Shown one piece after another: positions 9,114 to 19,871 of a DNA stretch of 64,000 nucleotides. This stretch comes from a virus. The notes beneath the pieces are model-generated. The model was not told where the DNA came from. It ran no database searches and saw nothing but the letters and a program-made list of their open reading frames with translations. Numbering within the stretch: position 1 is the first letter of the stretch; each line of letters starts with the position of its first letter. The stretch covers positions 1 to 64,000 of IMG/VR virus record IMGVR_UViG_3300042482_001698; one strand, written 5' to 3'. Made by a program: the position numbers and the translations under genes.

Positions 9114-10330
9114 TGGATAATTTCATGAAAAACGAAATTCTCAATTGTAAAGTCTTTGATGTTCAGAATGAGTTTAATCGTCGTTTGTATTATAACCAAC
9201 AAAAAATTATTCCATCAAATCCTCCCCTTATTCTCAGAATAATTCATGATGCAAGTCAAGAGTTGCTTGAATTTGCATTTGGGCATTTTGGTAAAAAATT
9301 GGGTTATCTTGCCAGTATTCTTGACATGACACATCCAGATTTAGTTTCAATTTTTGATGGTAGTTTTTCCGATGATCAAGAGTTTTCAAAACAATGTGTT
9401 CAGTTTCTTGCTATGGCAGAATATGCTAAAAACAATGATTTAAATCATATTTTTCCACTTCTTGGATCGCTTCTTATTAAAGAATCTTTAGACAAAAATA
9501 TTGTTCGTAAAATTGATTCTATCAGTTGCAATAAATCTTATGCAAGAATGATATTGAATTCTGATGAACGTGAAGCTATTAGATTTTCTAAAAAAATGCA
9601 AACCATTGATTTGCAAGCTTTTTACAAGAAAGGCGAAGAAGCATGGAATTCTCAGCCTGATAATTTCAAACAATTCATTCGTTATGATGCGGCTTACTTG
9701 CGTGAATTAAAGCAAGCAGAGAGAAAAATGAAGCGTTATCAGGAGTTGGGCTGTCATAGTCTTGCTTCAGAAATATGTAAAAGTATTGATTTGTTTCGTG
9801 AAAACATGGAACAAGCTTATTATGGTTTTAACCGTATAACAATGACCAGTGCCGCAGTAATTTTGGCAAAATCATTAGGATATTCATTTAATCCTTCTTA
9901 CCAATTGTCGGTAGGCGGTCATGTAATGCGTGTGGAAGCACAAGTAACTATAAATCGTTCTTTCTTTACTGATTATTATTTTGATTCATCTTTGGTTGTT
10001 GACGCAAATTATCATTATGATCCAAAGGTTTATCCATTTCATGAATTGAAAGAAATAGCTTCTCCTGAAGTTATGCATACAATTAATATGTTGGAGAAGT
10101 TTCCAGAAGCAAACGATAAGCCAATATTTGATCATTTTGGAGTAATTGTTCCAACAATTGCTTATAAAAATAAAATGTTCAATAATGAAAATGGTATTTT
10201 GCAAGATTATGAAAATTTAGAAGATGCCACTAGGGATTTGGATAAGATATTCATTAAGAAAAAGTTTTTTTATCCAATCATTGTTGGTGAAAAAGATGGT
10301 AAGTGTTTCTTTATTTGCTATTGGACTTGA
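9113..10330 (+). CDS. Hypothetical protein
   Basis: ~405-aa ORF coupled to the infC stop (TGATG). Confidence 0.75.
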   Translation: MDNFMKNEILNCKVFDVQNEFNRRLYYNQQKIIPSNPPLILRIIHDASQELLEFAFGHFGKKLGYLASILDMTHPDLVSIFDGSFSDDQEFSKQCVQFLAMAEYAKNNDLNHIFPLLGSLLIKESLDKNIVRKIDSISCNKSYARMILNSDEREAIRFSKKMQTIDLQAFYKKGEEAWNSQPDNFKQFIRYDAAYLRELKQAERKMKRYQELGCHSLASEICKSIDLFRENMEQAYYGFNRITMTSAAVILAKSLGYSFNPSYQLSVGGHVMRVEAQVTINRSFFTDYYFDSSLVVDANYHYDPKVYPFHELKEIASPEVMHTINMLEKFPEANDKPIFDHFGVIVPTIAYKNKMFNNENGILQDYENLEDATRDLDKIFIKKKFFYPIIVGEKDGKCFFICYWT

Positions 10331-10339
10331 GGTTTTGCA

Positions 10340-10591
10340 ATGCTTTATAATTTAACAAAAGAAGAACTTCTTGAATTTGCACATATGATTTATGAGCAAT
10401 CTGTGAATGGCTACCTAGATCTGAAAGAAGGTACTTGTCACAAGTTGTTGGTAAATTTTCTAACAAACAAGAAAACTTCTATCCCAGATACTAATGTAAA
10501 CATGAGTACCAATTTTGTGGACACAAATCAGATTTTTAACTCTGATGTTTTCACAGTAACGGAAAGTTTTATCATCAATCAAACTCATTGA
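10340..10591 (+). CDS. Hypothetical protein
   Basis: ORF with GAGG RBS. Confidence 0.65.
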   Translation: MLYNLTKEELLEFAHMIYEQSVNGYLDLKEGTCHKLLVNFLTNKKTSIPDTNVNMSTNFVDTNQIFNSDVFTVTESFIINQTH

Positions 10592-10615
10592 GTTTGTAAA
10601 TTTACGGGGATAATT

Positions 10616-10987
10616 ATGTCGAAGAGTAAGATTCTTACACCTATGGGTTCAATTTATGATTCCACCATTATTGGCAGTGGAGCAAAAGTTCCTAAAATCA
10701 AATCTGTTAAGCCAACTGGCTCACAGGTTCTTATTGAATTTTTGACATCTCAGGAAATGCTTGGGACAAGTCTGGCTGTTAATGAAAAAACAGATTTGAA
10801 AGTTCCTTTGCAAGGTTATGTTCGTTCTGTAGGTCCTAACTTCAAGTCATCAGATTATGGCTTTAATATAGGCGACAGAGTCACTGTTTCAGGTCCCGGC
10901 ATTCATGTCCCTAATTGGGACAACATTCATCGTGATCGATTCTTGATGGAGCCTTCTTCAATCAAAGGTGTGATAATAGAAGAATGA
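10616..10987 (+). CDS. GroES/Cpn10-like co-chaperonin
   Basis: VKPTGSQVLIE...QGYVRSVGP...IGDRV...IKGVI; adjacent to dnaJ. Confidence 0.65.
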   Translation: MSKSKILTPMGSIYDSTIIGSGAKVPKIKSVKPTGSQVLIEFLTSQEMLGTSLAVNEKTDLKVPLQGYVRSVGPNFKSSDYGFNIGDRVTVSGPGIHVPNWDNIHRDRFLMEPSSIKGVIIEE

Positions 10988-12051
10988 AAGACCCTTATGC
11001 CGTTCTAGGCGTTCCTAAAAATGCAACAAAAGATGATATAGTCAGGGCATACCGTAAGGGTGCCCTGAAGCATCATCCTGATAAAAATCCCGGCGATTCT
11101 GAAGCCGATGTTAGATTTCGTGAAATTCAAGAATCTTATGATATTTTAATTAATGATAATAAACGTGCCGAATATGATAGCGTTGGACCCTCAATGCATT
11201 TCCGCAGAAGAGGATTTGAAGGCGGTTCGTTTAATGGTTCCTTTGGCGACGTAATGAATGATTTTTTTCAGCACAGTACATTTCGTGGAAGAAATCTTAC
11301 AATCAGATTGGAAATTGATCTCCAAGAAGTCTATACAGGTTGCGATAAAGATTTAATTGTCAAAATGAAAAATACTTGTACCACTTGCAAAGGTCAAGGT
11401 CAGGTGAGCAATGAAGCTTGTGGAAATTGTAATGGAGAAGGTTTCACCAAAGTCAATAACGCTCCTTTTGAATTTAGAACAAATTGCTCTGTGTGCAATG
11501 GTCTTGGAAAAATAAATCCAATACTATGCGTTGATTGCAATGGTACGGGATTGCTCTCTGGCTACAAAGAAAAGAATATAAAAATTCAAATTCCATGTGG
11601 CATTGAAAGTGGAATGAATTTGAAAATTAGTGGTCAAGGCGAAGAATCGCTTCGTGGTGGAAAGTCTGGTGACTTAATTGTTCATGTTTTGGTTCGTGAA
11701 CATGAATGTTTTGATCGTGATGGAATTGATTTGTCGATTGATGTTCCAGTGAGTTATAGCCAATTGGTTTTAGGGTGTGATCTTTTGGTTCCTACCATTA
11801 CAGATGAAATGATTACGGTAAAAATACCAGAAGGAACTCAAAGTCACGCCAAATTCAAATTGCGAGGCAGAGGATTGCAACTGCCCAATGGAATATTGGG
11901 AGACATGTATGTTTCCGTAAAATTAGAAGTACCTAAGAAAATATCAAATGAATATATGCAATCAATAAAAAAAATCGAAGAATATGAAAAAACAACTATC
12001 GGTGAGCGTAGAGAAAAATGGATTAAAATTATCAATAAAAAACGTAAATAA
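10984..12051 (+). CDS. dnaJ: Chaperone DnaJ
   Basis: J-domain HPD, G/F region, four CxxCxGxG repeats, C-terminal domain. Confidence 0.95.
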   Translation: MKDPYAVLGVPKNATKDDIVRAYRKGALKHHPDKNPGDSEADVRFREIQESYDILINDNKRAEYDSVGPSMHFRRRGFEGGSFNGSFGDVMNDFFQHSTFRGRNLTIRLEIDLQEVYTGCDKDLIVKMKNTCTTCKGQGQVSNEACGNCNGEGFTKVNNAPFEFRTNCSVCNGLGKINPILCVDCNGTGLLSGYKEKNIKIQIPCGIESGMNLKISGQGEESLRGGKSGDLIVHVLVREHECFDRDGIDLSIDVPVSYSQLVLGCDLLVPTITDEMITVKIPEGTQSHAKFKLRGRGLQLPNGILGDMYVSVKLEVPKKISNEYMQSIKKIEEYEKTTIGERREKWIKIINKKRK

Positions 12052-12075
12052 ATTAAATCAATTATTGGAGTCACT

Positions 12076-12276
12076 ATGAAAGCTATGAATAATAAGTTTT
12101 TTTGGATTGTTGTGGGCTTGACAGGGGCTATGCTTTTGATAGGTGTTGGCGGTAAGTTTTTCGTAGATAGAGTCGCAGACGTTGTAATTGATAAGCTTAA
12201 AAAGGATTATAGCCCATCACCATATGGTCCCGGTATAGATCCTGATAAAATCGATGCCAATAAATTTAAGAAATAA
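12076..12276 (+). CDS. Small membrane protein
   Basis: One TM helix; GGAG RBS. Confidence 0.7.
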   Translation: MKAMNNKFFWIVVGLTGAMLLIGVGGKFFVDRVADVVIDKLKKDYSPSPYGPGIDPDKIDANKFKK

Positions 12277-12616
12277 TGTGACAACTTTTAATTTGCGAAG
12301 GCGCAAAACTATTGTCTGTTGGTAATCTCAGCATTTTAACTGCCATAATTTTTCCAATTTCTGGATTTCCATGAATTCTTCTAAACTCATCATGGGTAAA
12401 GAAAAGTTTTGTTCCATCGATTAGTTGTATGTAAATGGGATTTTTCTTACGAATAATCATATGAATTTTTGATTTTTTGTTTATAACTGGCAAATCTAAA
12501 TCTATTTTTGGCAAAACGAATGATTTGGCCCATGAGAAATTTTCTTGAACCGCAACGGCTCCATATTTCTCAACACAATCACGAAGATTGATAAATTCTA
12601 AAAAATTGTTGATCAT
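12266..12616 (-). CDS. Hypothetical protein, CTS-like N-terminus
   Basis: MINNFLEFINLRD; TAAATA upstream on the minus strand. Confidence 0.65.
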   Translation of the reverse strand: MINNFLEFINLRDCVEKYGAVAVQENFSWAKSFVLPKIDLDLPVINKKSKIHMIIRKKNPIYIQLIDGTKLFFTHDEFRRIHGNPEIGKIMAVKMLRLPTDNSFAPSQIKSCHIIS

Positions 12617-12634
12617 TGTTACTTATTTAGAATA

Positions 12635-12937
12635 ATGAGCGAAAAATATAAAATAAACTCGGTGTCCAATATTCTCACCATGATTGTTGACTTCAAAGAC
12701 CAATCGGGTCAAAATAAAACAATTCATGTGGGTTTGGATTATTTACAAAGAAAAGTACATTTTGTTGGCGATATTCCAAAAGATATTGATATATCTGAAT
12801 TGGAACAATCTATTCTAATGTATGTGGAACCAGAATCCATTGATGAACTATCCGTTCCAAATGAAATTTGGCAGCGTGCGATGGAAATTAAAACAGGAAA
12901 ATTTGAAAATAATGAATTTATGAACTTTCAAGGATAA
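12635..12937 (+). CDS. Hypothetical protein
   Basis: 100-aa ORF. Confidence 0.65.
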   Translation: MSEKYKINSVSNILTMIVDFKDQSGQNKTIHVGLDYLQRKVHFVGDIPKDIDISELEQSILMYVEPESIDELSVPNEIWQRAMEIKTGKFENNEFMNFQG

Positions 12938-12939
12938 AA

Positions 12940-13284
12940 ATGCCAACCAATAATACAGAAAAAATGGGATTTTCAGTTTCTATGGGACAAGAAAAAAGAG
13001 AGCCGTGCAATTTGAGAACTATTACTTTAGAGAGAGTTTATAAGTTTATTGAAAATAAAAATATTGATGCAAAATTAACTTTTCAATTAAAAAAAATGGC
13101 CGCTGTTTATCCACAACAAGCATTGGAAAATTGGATGAAAAATTTCAATATACACTTGCTTAAAGCAAGAAGTCTTGTAAAATTAAGTAAGCCAGAAATA
13201 AGTCCAGTTGAATTGGGTGATGAACCAAAAATACCATCAAGGGAAGAAATTGAACATGTCCCGCAAAATGAAGAATTTGAATGA
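12940..13284 (+). CDS. Hypothetical protein
   Basis: 114-aa ORF. Confidence 0.65.
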   Translation: MPTNNTEKMGFSVSMGQEKREPCNLRTITLERVYKFIENKNIDAKLTFQLKKMAAVYPQQALENWMKNFNIHLLKARSLVKLSKPEISPVELGDEPKIPSREEIEHVPQNEEFE

Positions 13285-13294
13285 CGCTTTGCTT

Positions 13295-13762
13295 ATGCAC
13301 GGGAACAAAATACCAGTTAAAATCATTGCTGATGATCCTATGTTTTTACCAAAATATAAAACATTTGGATCAGCAGCATGTGATTTAGTTGCAAATATTC
13401 CCACTAATGATGCTGGTCATACCTTTATCAGCGTTATGCCTAATCAAACTGAAGTTATTGATGTTGGTTTTAGAATGTCGATACCATTTGGTTGGGAAGT
13501 TCAAATCCGCATTAGAAGCAGCTTTGCCATACAAGGTCTTCAAGTGACTAACAGTCCCGGCACCATCGATAGTGATTATCAAGGCAGAATCAAGGTAATT
13601 GTTAATGGTGCAAGTAAAAATATTATCAGAATAAATCACGGTGATCGGTTTGCTCAAATGCTAATTAAACCAATTTGGCAAGTTGATTGGATTGAAACAG
13701 ATGCTTTTGATCCAACAGATCGTGGCGATAAAGGATTTGGATCAACAGGAATTAAATCATGA
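13295..13762 (+). CDS. dut: Trimeric dUTPase
   Basis: GSAACDL, RSS, NSPGTIDSDYQG, GDRFAQ, RGDKGFGSTG; start uncertain. Confidence 0.95.
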   Translation: MHGNKIPVKIIADDPMFLPKYKTFGSAACDLVANIPTNDAGHTFISVMPNQTEVIDVGFRMSIPFGWEVQIRIRSSFAIQGLQVTNSPGTIDSDYQGRIKVIVNGASKNIIRINHGDRFAQMLIKPIWQVDWIETDAFDPTDRGDKGFGSTGIKS

Positions 13763-13968
13763 AAATATTTTTAGTTGTGAGCGTGGCTAGACAAATCGAT
13801 GGCGAATATGTCGTAGTAAAAGCCGAAAAGGCATTTAAAGAATCAACAAAGGCATCAGAATTCGCAAATGGTCTTGCGAAGCGTTATGCTGAAACAATAA
13901 ACACACCATCAGGACCGTTGCAATGTGTGTGTGAACGTGGCGTTCAAGAAGTTGATCTAGAAGAATAA
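13759..13968 (+). CDS. Hypothetical protein
   Basis: ATGA overlap with dut. Confidence 0.7.
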   Translation: MKIFLVVSVARQIDGEYVVVKAEKAFKESTKASEFANGLAKRYAETINTPSGPLQCVCERGVQEVDLEE

Positions 13969-13979
13969 AAGGAGCTATT

Positions 13980-14708
13980 ATGTCTGTTCACAATCCACTC
14001 GAAGGCGACCGTCCAGAAATGACGGTGAAGCTTCATGAAAATTCAGACGATCATATTTCGATTATTATCGTTCATAAAGATAGGCCAGAATATTTGAATA
14101 TATGCCTTCAATCCATTGCTGTTACTAGCTTTAACAATAATTACGAAATTATTGTTGTTGATAATGGCAGTGGCAAAGAAACTCAAGATTTTCTTAATGA
14201 TATTGAAAAAGAAGTTAAAGTTGTTCGTAATCAAAAGAATTTGTATTGGTCGGCAGCTTGCAACAAAGGCGTGCAAGCAGCCGATAAAAATAGTAAGTAT
14301 TTTATCTTCATGCATTGCGATGTGGTGATATTGAATCCAGCTTGGATTGATTTGATGATTAATGTTTCTGAGGCACAGAAATCTGGATTCGTTGGCGTTG
14401 ACACACAATCATACATGATGGGCAATCAGAAGGTTGACTTCTTACAAGATCATCTGTTACTATTTACTAGAGAATCATGGAATGATATTGGCCCTTGGCC
14501 AGAACAACTTCCTCAAATTGGGCCTTCTTTTATTTTAACACTTAGGGCGCAACAAAAGGGGCAAAGACCTCAAATTATGAAGAATACAATTATTCATCAC
14601 TATAAAATTTTTAGTATGGATATTTCAGAATATGAAAGAATGACCGAACAGGCAATGACAACTCTTCCTAAACTCATGACAGAAATAAATTCTAAGGCAG
14701 TAAAATGA
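13980..14708 (+). CDS. Glycosyltransferase family 2
   Basis: ISIIIV...EIIVVDNGS...NKG...FMHCDV. Confidence 0.85.
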   Translation: MSVHNPLEGDRPEMTVKLHENSDDHISIIIVHKDRPEYLNICLQSIAVTSFNNNYEIIVVDNGSGKETQDFLNDIEKEVKVVRNQKNLYWSAACNKGVQAADKNSKYFIFMHCDVVILNPAWIDLMINVSEAQKSGFVGVDTQSYMMGNQKVDFLQDHLLLFTRESWNDIGPWPEQLPQIGPSFILTLRAQQKGQRPQIMKNTIIHHYKIFSMDISEYERMTEQAMTTLPKLMTEINSKAVK

Positions 14709-15370
14709 AATTAATTTTAAAAACAGCAAATTTTGGAATTCTTGATCAAGTATTACCTCAGGAAAACTTCAATGCTTTTGTGAAATTTTTTTGTGATTTG
14801 GATTTTGAAAGAAGTAGTCATAAATTATTGAAGGTTTGGCGTATTAATGATGGCGAGATTTTTGGTGGCACTTCCTATAAAGACAAAGGCTATCCCTTTA
14901 ACAATCCAATGGATTGGATTCACAAGAATGTTTACGGTCTAGCTAAAGATCAAATGAAAGAATTAGTCGGAGAAGAAGGCGTTGATTGGGAAGGAATATC
15001 TTATCGACCATACATTTATCCACCCGGTAGCAAGATCAGTTGGCACAATGATTGCGGCTATTCAGCAGCTTGTATTTTTTATTGTCATAAAAAATGGCAG
15101 CATTTTTGGGGTGGTGAATTAATGTTAGCAACTACAAAAGACAATGCAGTTCCCAAACTAACAGATGCAACTGATGATTTATTCTCACGAGATTATATGC
15201 AGCCAATTTTAGATCAATATGGATTTGGCCAATATATAACACCATTGCCAAATCGTATGGTTTTCACTAAAACTGGTGTTTGGCACTCAATAAATAGAGT
15301 CGATCCATCAGCAGGTGACAACAATCGCTTTTCAATCGTTGCTTTTTTTCATAAAAAGAAAAGTACTTAA
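14705..15370 (+). CDS. 2OG-Fe(II) oxygenase (prolyl-hydroxylase-like)
   Basis: SWHND, WGGEL, PNRMVF, WHSINRV, RFSI. Confidence 0.85.
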   Translation: MKLILKTANFGILDQVLPQENFNAFVKFFCDLDFERSSHKLLKVWRINDGEIFGGTSYKDKGYPFNNPMDWIHKNVYGLAKDQMKELVGEEGVDWEGISYRPYIYPPGSKISWHNDCGYSAACIFYCHKKWQHFWGGELMLATTKDNAVPKLTDATDDLFSRDYMQPILDQYGFGQYITPLPNRMVFTKTGVWHSINRVDPSAGDNNRFSIVAFFHKKKST

Positions 15371-15847
15371 TTATTTTTTTAATTTTTCTATGCTTTTGAT
15401 AAATTTAATCCATTCCTCATTCACCCATATAATGGGCGAATGACTACAGTATGTTGCTGCATAGCTCATGCAGAAAATTTCTTCTGCATTTTGTCGCAAA
15501 GCATGTTTTTGTTCCTTATGTGGAAACTTATCTATTTGCTTTTGCTTAGTGCTTTTGACCAGTTCAGACCATTTATTTCTTAGTTCTTTGGTCATTAGGT
15601 GTTCCCAAACTAAGTGGGCGATTTCATGCAATGTTGTGAATGCTCTGCTATAGTTCCATGGAGCAGCAACAACTATCCTGTCCTTGAAAATATAACCAAT
15701 GTGATCCTTGTCATCATCTAAAGTGTTGCCACTCGTATATTTGAATTTATACCCATTCAGAAGATCACGATGTCCTTTAGGAAGAGAAGAAATTAACTTC
15801 TCAACATCTTTTTGTTCTTCAGATTCAAGAAAAGTTTTGAATTTCAT
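15371..15847 (-). CDS. Zincin metallopeptidase with CTS-like N-terminus
   Basis: TLHEIAH plus downstream EEIF; starts MKFKTFLESE. Confidence 0.7.
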   Translation of the reverse strand: MKFKTFLESEEQKDVEKLISSLPKGHRDLLNGYKFKYTSGNTLDDDKDHIGYIFKDRIVVAAPWNYSRAFTTLHEIAHLVWEHLMTKELRNKWSELVKSTKQKQIDKFPHKEQKHALRQNAEEIFCMSYAATYCSHSPIIWVNEEWIKFIKSIEKLKK

Positions 15848-15978
15848 CTTTTTCTCCAAACATATAAATGATTCAACCATATTATTTAACAATAAATTCG
15901 ACTATATTGTTTCCAAATTACCAATACATAAAACAATATTTTTTAATCAAATGATTAAATAGGTAAAGGAGTCTATTT

Positions 15979-17541
15979 ATGACTATGGAATCAACTATCA
16001 ATTTCCCGAATGGAATCAATAATGGCAAACCAATTCCTGTTGGAATTGTTTCTGGAAACATTTCTGTTTCATCTGGAGCAATTTCTCTTTACACATCAAG
16101 CGGAATAATAAGCAACAGCAATCCTCTTCCTGTTGATATTGGCGGCGGAACAGTTAACATCAATGTTAATTCAGGCACAAATCTTAATGTTTCTGTTACA
16201 TCAGGTCTGTTTGCGATTTTATCAGGTAGGGTAAGCGTTTCATCTGGTAACACTTCAATTTACACAGCAAGCGGAACAGTTAGCCAATCAAATCCTTTCC
16301 CTGTATCAATTTCATCTGGTGCATTTTCAAATAATACTATTCCAGTTAGTTTTGCTGCTGGAACAAGTGATGCATTTGGAAGACTTAGGGTGAGCAATCC
16401 TTTTACCATTTTTGACAGTCAACATCGTTATCAAGTCAATGACAAATGGAATTATCAAACAACTGCTGGTGGTTCAACTTCTTACGATACAAACGGTAGC
16501 CTAGTGAACTTGAACACAAGTTTAGCATCTGGTGCTCAAGTAATTGCTGAAACCAAAAGGGTTATGCCTTATCAACCCGGCAAATCACTTCTTATCTACA
16601 ATACATTTACAATGTCATCTGTACAAGAAACTTTGAGACAAAGAATTGGTTATTTCGGCGAACAGAATGGAATTTATTTCGAGGTTGATGGGGAATCAGT
16701 AAGTTTTGTGAAAAGAAGTTATGTTAGTGGTAGCGTTGTTGAAACAAAAGCTACTAGAGGATCAGGATGGAATGTTGACAACCTTAACGGCAATGGACCT
16801 AGTGGATATAATATTTCAAATTACAGCAGTTCTTTTATCTTCTATATTGAAATAGAATGGCTCGGAGTAGGCGATGTTCGTGTTGGATTTGTTTTGAATG
16901 GTGCTTATGTTCCATGTCACGTTTTCAAACACACTCCAGCAGGAGGAAGCCCTATAAGCGGAACATATATGACAACCGCTTGTTTGCCTCTTAGGGCTGA
17001 AATTACAAATAAAGGACCAATTACTAATTCTGGTAATTTCAAACAAATTTGCAATAGTGTTATTTCAGAAGGTGGCTACGAAGGATTTAGCAGAAGATAT
17101 AATGTAGATTTAGGAACAACCCCTAAAAATCTTACAAATGATGATGAGTTATATCCAATTATTTCTTTGCGTCTCGCTTCAGGAAGATTAGATTCAATTA
17201 TTGTTCCTTCAAATTTGAATGCAATTGTGACAAGCAATCAAGATGTTCAATATAGAATTATTTTGGACGGCACCACTAGTGGCGCAGTTTGGACTACACA
17301 TTATAATGGCAATGTTCAATATGATACTTCAGCTACATCATTGGCAAGTGGAAGTGGAACAAATGTCATTGGCGGATATATCAACAAGCAAGGATCTATT
17401 GATATTACCAGCCTGAATCAATTTAACTTTCAAATAGGAAGATTACTAGATGGAACAAGTCAAGTGTTGACAATTGCTATGGCTCCTACATCAGCAAACA
17501 CGAAAGTTTTAGCTGATTTATCATGGTTTGAAATTATTTGA
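15979..17541 (+). CDS. Probable virion structural protein
   Basis: S/G-rich N-terminal repeats followed by the DAFGRLRVS.P.T.FDS domain common in large-phage virion proteins. Confidence 0.65.
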   Translation: MTMESTINFPNGINNGKPIPVGIVSGNISVSSGAISLYTSSGIISNSNPLPVDIGGGTVNINVNSGTNLNVSVTSGLFAILSGRVSVSSGNTSIYTASGTVSQSNPFPVSISSGAFSNNTIPVSFAAGTSDAFGRLRVSNPFTIFDSQHRYQVNDKWNYQTTAGGSTSYDTNGSLVNLNTSLASGAQVIAETKRVMPYQPGKSLLIYNTFTMSSVQETLRQRIGYFGEQNGIYFEVDGESVSFVKRSYVSGSVVETKATRGSGWNVDNLNGNGPSGYNISNYSSSFIFYIEIEWLGVGDVRVGFVLNGAYVPCHVFKHTPAGGSPISGTYMTTACLPLRAEITNKGPITNSGNFKQICNSVISEGGYEGFSRRYNVDLGTTPKNLTNDDELYPIISLRLASGRLDSIIVPSNLNAIVTSNQDVQYRIILDGTTSGAVWTTHYNGNVQYDTSATSLASGSGTNVIGGYINKQGSIDITSLNQFNFQIGRLLDGTSQVLTIAMAPTSANTKVLADLSWFEII

Positions 17542-17589
17542 TAATTTCGTAAAAAAACCACTCAAATATTTTTATTTGAGTGGTTTTTC
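17533..17589. terminator. Bidirectional intrinsic terminator
   Basis: AAAAACCACTCAAATA...TATTTGAGTGGTTTTT between convergent genes. Confidence 0.6.
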
Positions 17590-17604
17590 TGTAAAAATAA
17601 ATTT

Positions 17605-18558
17605 TTAGGCTATTACAGATGTGTCAACACTCTTCCATGCACCGCCAACATAGACCTCTATGTTGCTTGTGGCTGTGTTGTAGCAAATCATACCGTTGGT
17701 TGCAGTGCCAGCAGCAGCATCTCTTGCGGTAGCATTAGCATAGACTGGAATTCTTGGCATAGAGTTCAAATAAATATGACCATTTCTGCCAGCACCAGAA
17801 TTAGTGCCGCAAGTGATATTTATATCACCAGCACGATCTGTGCCAACGCTATTACCAGTAATCAAGGTTAAATCACCACCACGACCATCAACAGTACCAT
17901 CGCCAGCTTCGATAAAGATGTCTCCGCCATTCACATCCATAGTAGCGGTTGAATTACCAGCATATATGCCTATGTCGCCTGCTTCTGGATCATCTTCGTC
18001 GCCGCTGCTGCCATCTCCATTACCACTATTACCAGCACGAATAGTTACACCACCAGCTTGACCATCATCGCCAGCATGGCCAGCTTCAATATTAATATCA
18101 CCACCATCGCTGTCGCCAATGCCAGTAGATGCATCGCCACCATAGATGTTTACATCGCCAGCATCGCTGTTGTTTGCGCTGTCAGCATTGCCACCTCTAA
18201 TTGTTACATCTCCAGCGTCTGCATCTGGGCCATCTCCAGTATTGCCAGCTTCGATGTTGATGTTTCCGCCATCTCCGTCTCCATTTGCATTACCAGCATA
18301 AATATTTACATCGCCACCATCAGCATCTACAGGGTCTGCTGCATCAGGATGTCCATCACCTGCTTCGATTGTAATGTTTGCTGCATCAACGGAATTCACT
18401 GTTCCATCAGCGGTAGAAATGATTATTTCCCTACTCAAATTTTCAAGAATTTGGCTGACATTGACAAAGTTTTCTTGTCTTACAACATCGTTCACGATTT
18501 TCGGAATGATGTTTGCTACTGATCCCTTTCCTGTGCCCTCAGTTGTTTGTGCACCCAT
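17605..18558 (-). CDS. Gly/Asp-rich repeat protein, probable fibre or virion protein
   Basis: About 10 repeats of GGD(V/I)xI.AG; C-terminal ATNGMICYNT...EVYVGGAW module. Confidence 0.7.
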   Translation of the reverse strand: MGAQTTEGTGKGSVANIIPKIVNDVVRQENFVNVSQILENLSREIIISTADGTVNSVDAANITIEAGDGHPDAADPVDADGGDVNIYAGNANGDGDGGNINIEAGNTGDGPDADAGDVTIRGGNADSANNSDAGDVNIYGGDASTGIGDSDGGDINIEAGHAGDDGQAGGVTIRAGNSGNGDGSSGDEDDPEAGDIGIYAGNSTATMDVNGGDIFIEAGDGTVDGRGGDLTLITGNSVGTDRAGDINITCGTNSGAGRNGHIYLNSMPRIPVYANATARDAAAGTATNGMICYNTATSNIEVYVGGAWKSVDTSVIA

Positions 18559-18647
18559 ATTTTCTCCTAAATAAAATAAAATAAAATCATTGCCTTTATA
18601 TTTATTGTTTTGCATTAAAATAAATTACAGGACATCTAAATAACATC

Positions 18648-19379
18648 ATGGCAAAACCAAGAAAAAAACCCGTCAAGAACGAGAAGGCAAATACAACACC
18701 AGCACTACATGCTAGTAGTAAAAAGCCATTTCACATTGAGTTTATGAATGCAGCCCAAAAAATGGCTTGGGGCGCATTCGATCAACATGATGTTTTGTTT
18801 TTGTTGGGAGCGCCGGGGACAGGGAAGTCGCATCTCGGTTGCGCCTTTGCAATTAGTGAGATTTTATCTAAAAGAAAAGAAAAAATTGTTATAACAAGAC
18901 CAACCATTGAAGCTGGTGGCCGAGGACTTGGGTTTTTACCCGGATCGGCGGATGAAAAACTACATCCTTATATGCTTCCTCTTTTTGATTGCATGGACAG
19001 GTGTTTAGGCCGTCTTTCTCCACAGAGGGACATAATCAATAAAAGCGTAGAGCTTGCTCCTCTTCAGTTTATGCGTGGCAGAAGCTTCCATGATTCTGTT
19101 TGTATTCTCGATGAGGCTCAGAATTGTAATTATGCCGAAATCAAATTGTTTCTTACAAGGTTTGGACAGAACAGTAAAGTAATTATTACTGGTGATCCAA
19201 TGCAAAGCGATTTGCCTTGGAAGGACAGAGCTTTGATGAATGTCGTTGATAGGTTGTCAAGCTTAAAGGGAGTTGGAATAATAAACTTCAAGGCTAATTC
19301 TATTGTTCGACATCCATTGATTGCTGGTATTCTTGAAAGGTTGGAAGATAAGGAGGAAAATGGCACTAGTAGTTCCTGA
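18648..19379 (+). CDS. phoH: PhoH-family ATPase
   Basis: GAPGTGKS, LGFLPG, FMRGRSF, LDEAQN, TGDPMQSD, VRHPL. Confidence 0.95.
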   Translation: MAKPRKKPVKNEKANTTPALHASSKKPFHIEFMNAAQKMAWGAFDQHDVLFLLGAPGTGKSHLGCAFAISEILSKRKEKIVITRPTIEAGGRGLGFLPGSADEKLHPYMLPLFDCMDRCLGRLSPQRDIINKSVELAPLQFMRGRSFHDSVCILDEAQNCNYAEIKLFLTRFGQNSKVIITGDPMQSDLPWKDRALMNVVDRLSSLKGVGIINFKANSIVRHPLIAGILERLEDKEENGTSSS

Positions 19380-19770
19380 TGAAGGAGAAATTGAACTTTT
19401 AACCAAATTGTTAAAAAACACCGTTGATACAGAGGATTTTATTGTTCATTTGTATAAAAATGATTACAATCCAATTGCAGCTACAACTGGGACAGATTTT
19501 ACAGAAGCAAATTTTACAAATTATGTAGAAAAAACAATAGTTAGAGGCGATTGGGCAACACCATCAACAGTTAGTAATAAGGCAGAATCAAGCGTAACTG
19601 CTCAGTCTTGGACATGTGGAGCAACAGGCAACACTATCTATGGTTATTATATTCTGGGTTCTAACTCAGGTGTTGTTTTGTGGGCAGAAAAGTTTGCTGC
19701 CTCTAGAATTTTAGCTGATGGAGACATACTAAATCTTACTCCAAAATTTAATTTAAGTAGTGCAAACTAA
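19360..19770 (+). CDS. Probable tail/virion protein
   Basis: AGGAGG RBS; TIYGYYI...LWAEKF...GDILNLTP pattern. Confidence 0.6.
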   Translation: MALVVPDEGEIELLTKLLKNTVDTEDFIVHLYKNDYNPIAATTGTDFTEANFTNYVEKTIVRGDWATPSTVSNKAESSVTAQSWTCGATGNTIYGYYILGSNSGVVLWAEKFAASRILADGDILNLTPKFNLSSAN

Positions 19771-19871
19771 AATATTTTTTTTGAATATTATGAATCAGTG
19801 AGAAAAAATAAATATTCTTGGCCATTGCTTATTAATTGTTGGATTTTCCGTTTGTCCAATAAATAGTTTAT

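Noticed and set aside
17804-18574. Plus-strand ORFs opposite the Gly/Asp repeat gene
   Set aside because: Antisense shadows of a repetitive Gly/Ala/Asp-coding sequence.
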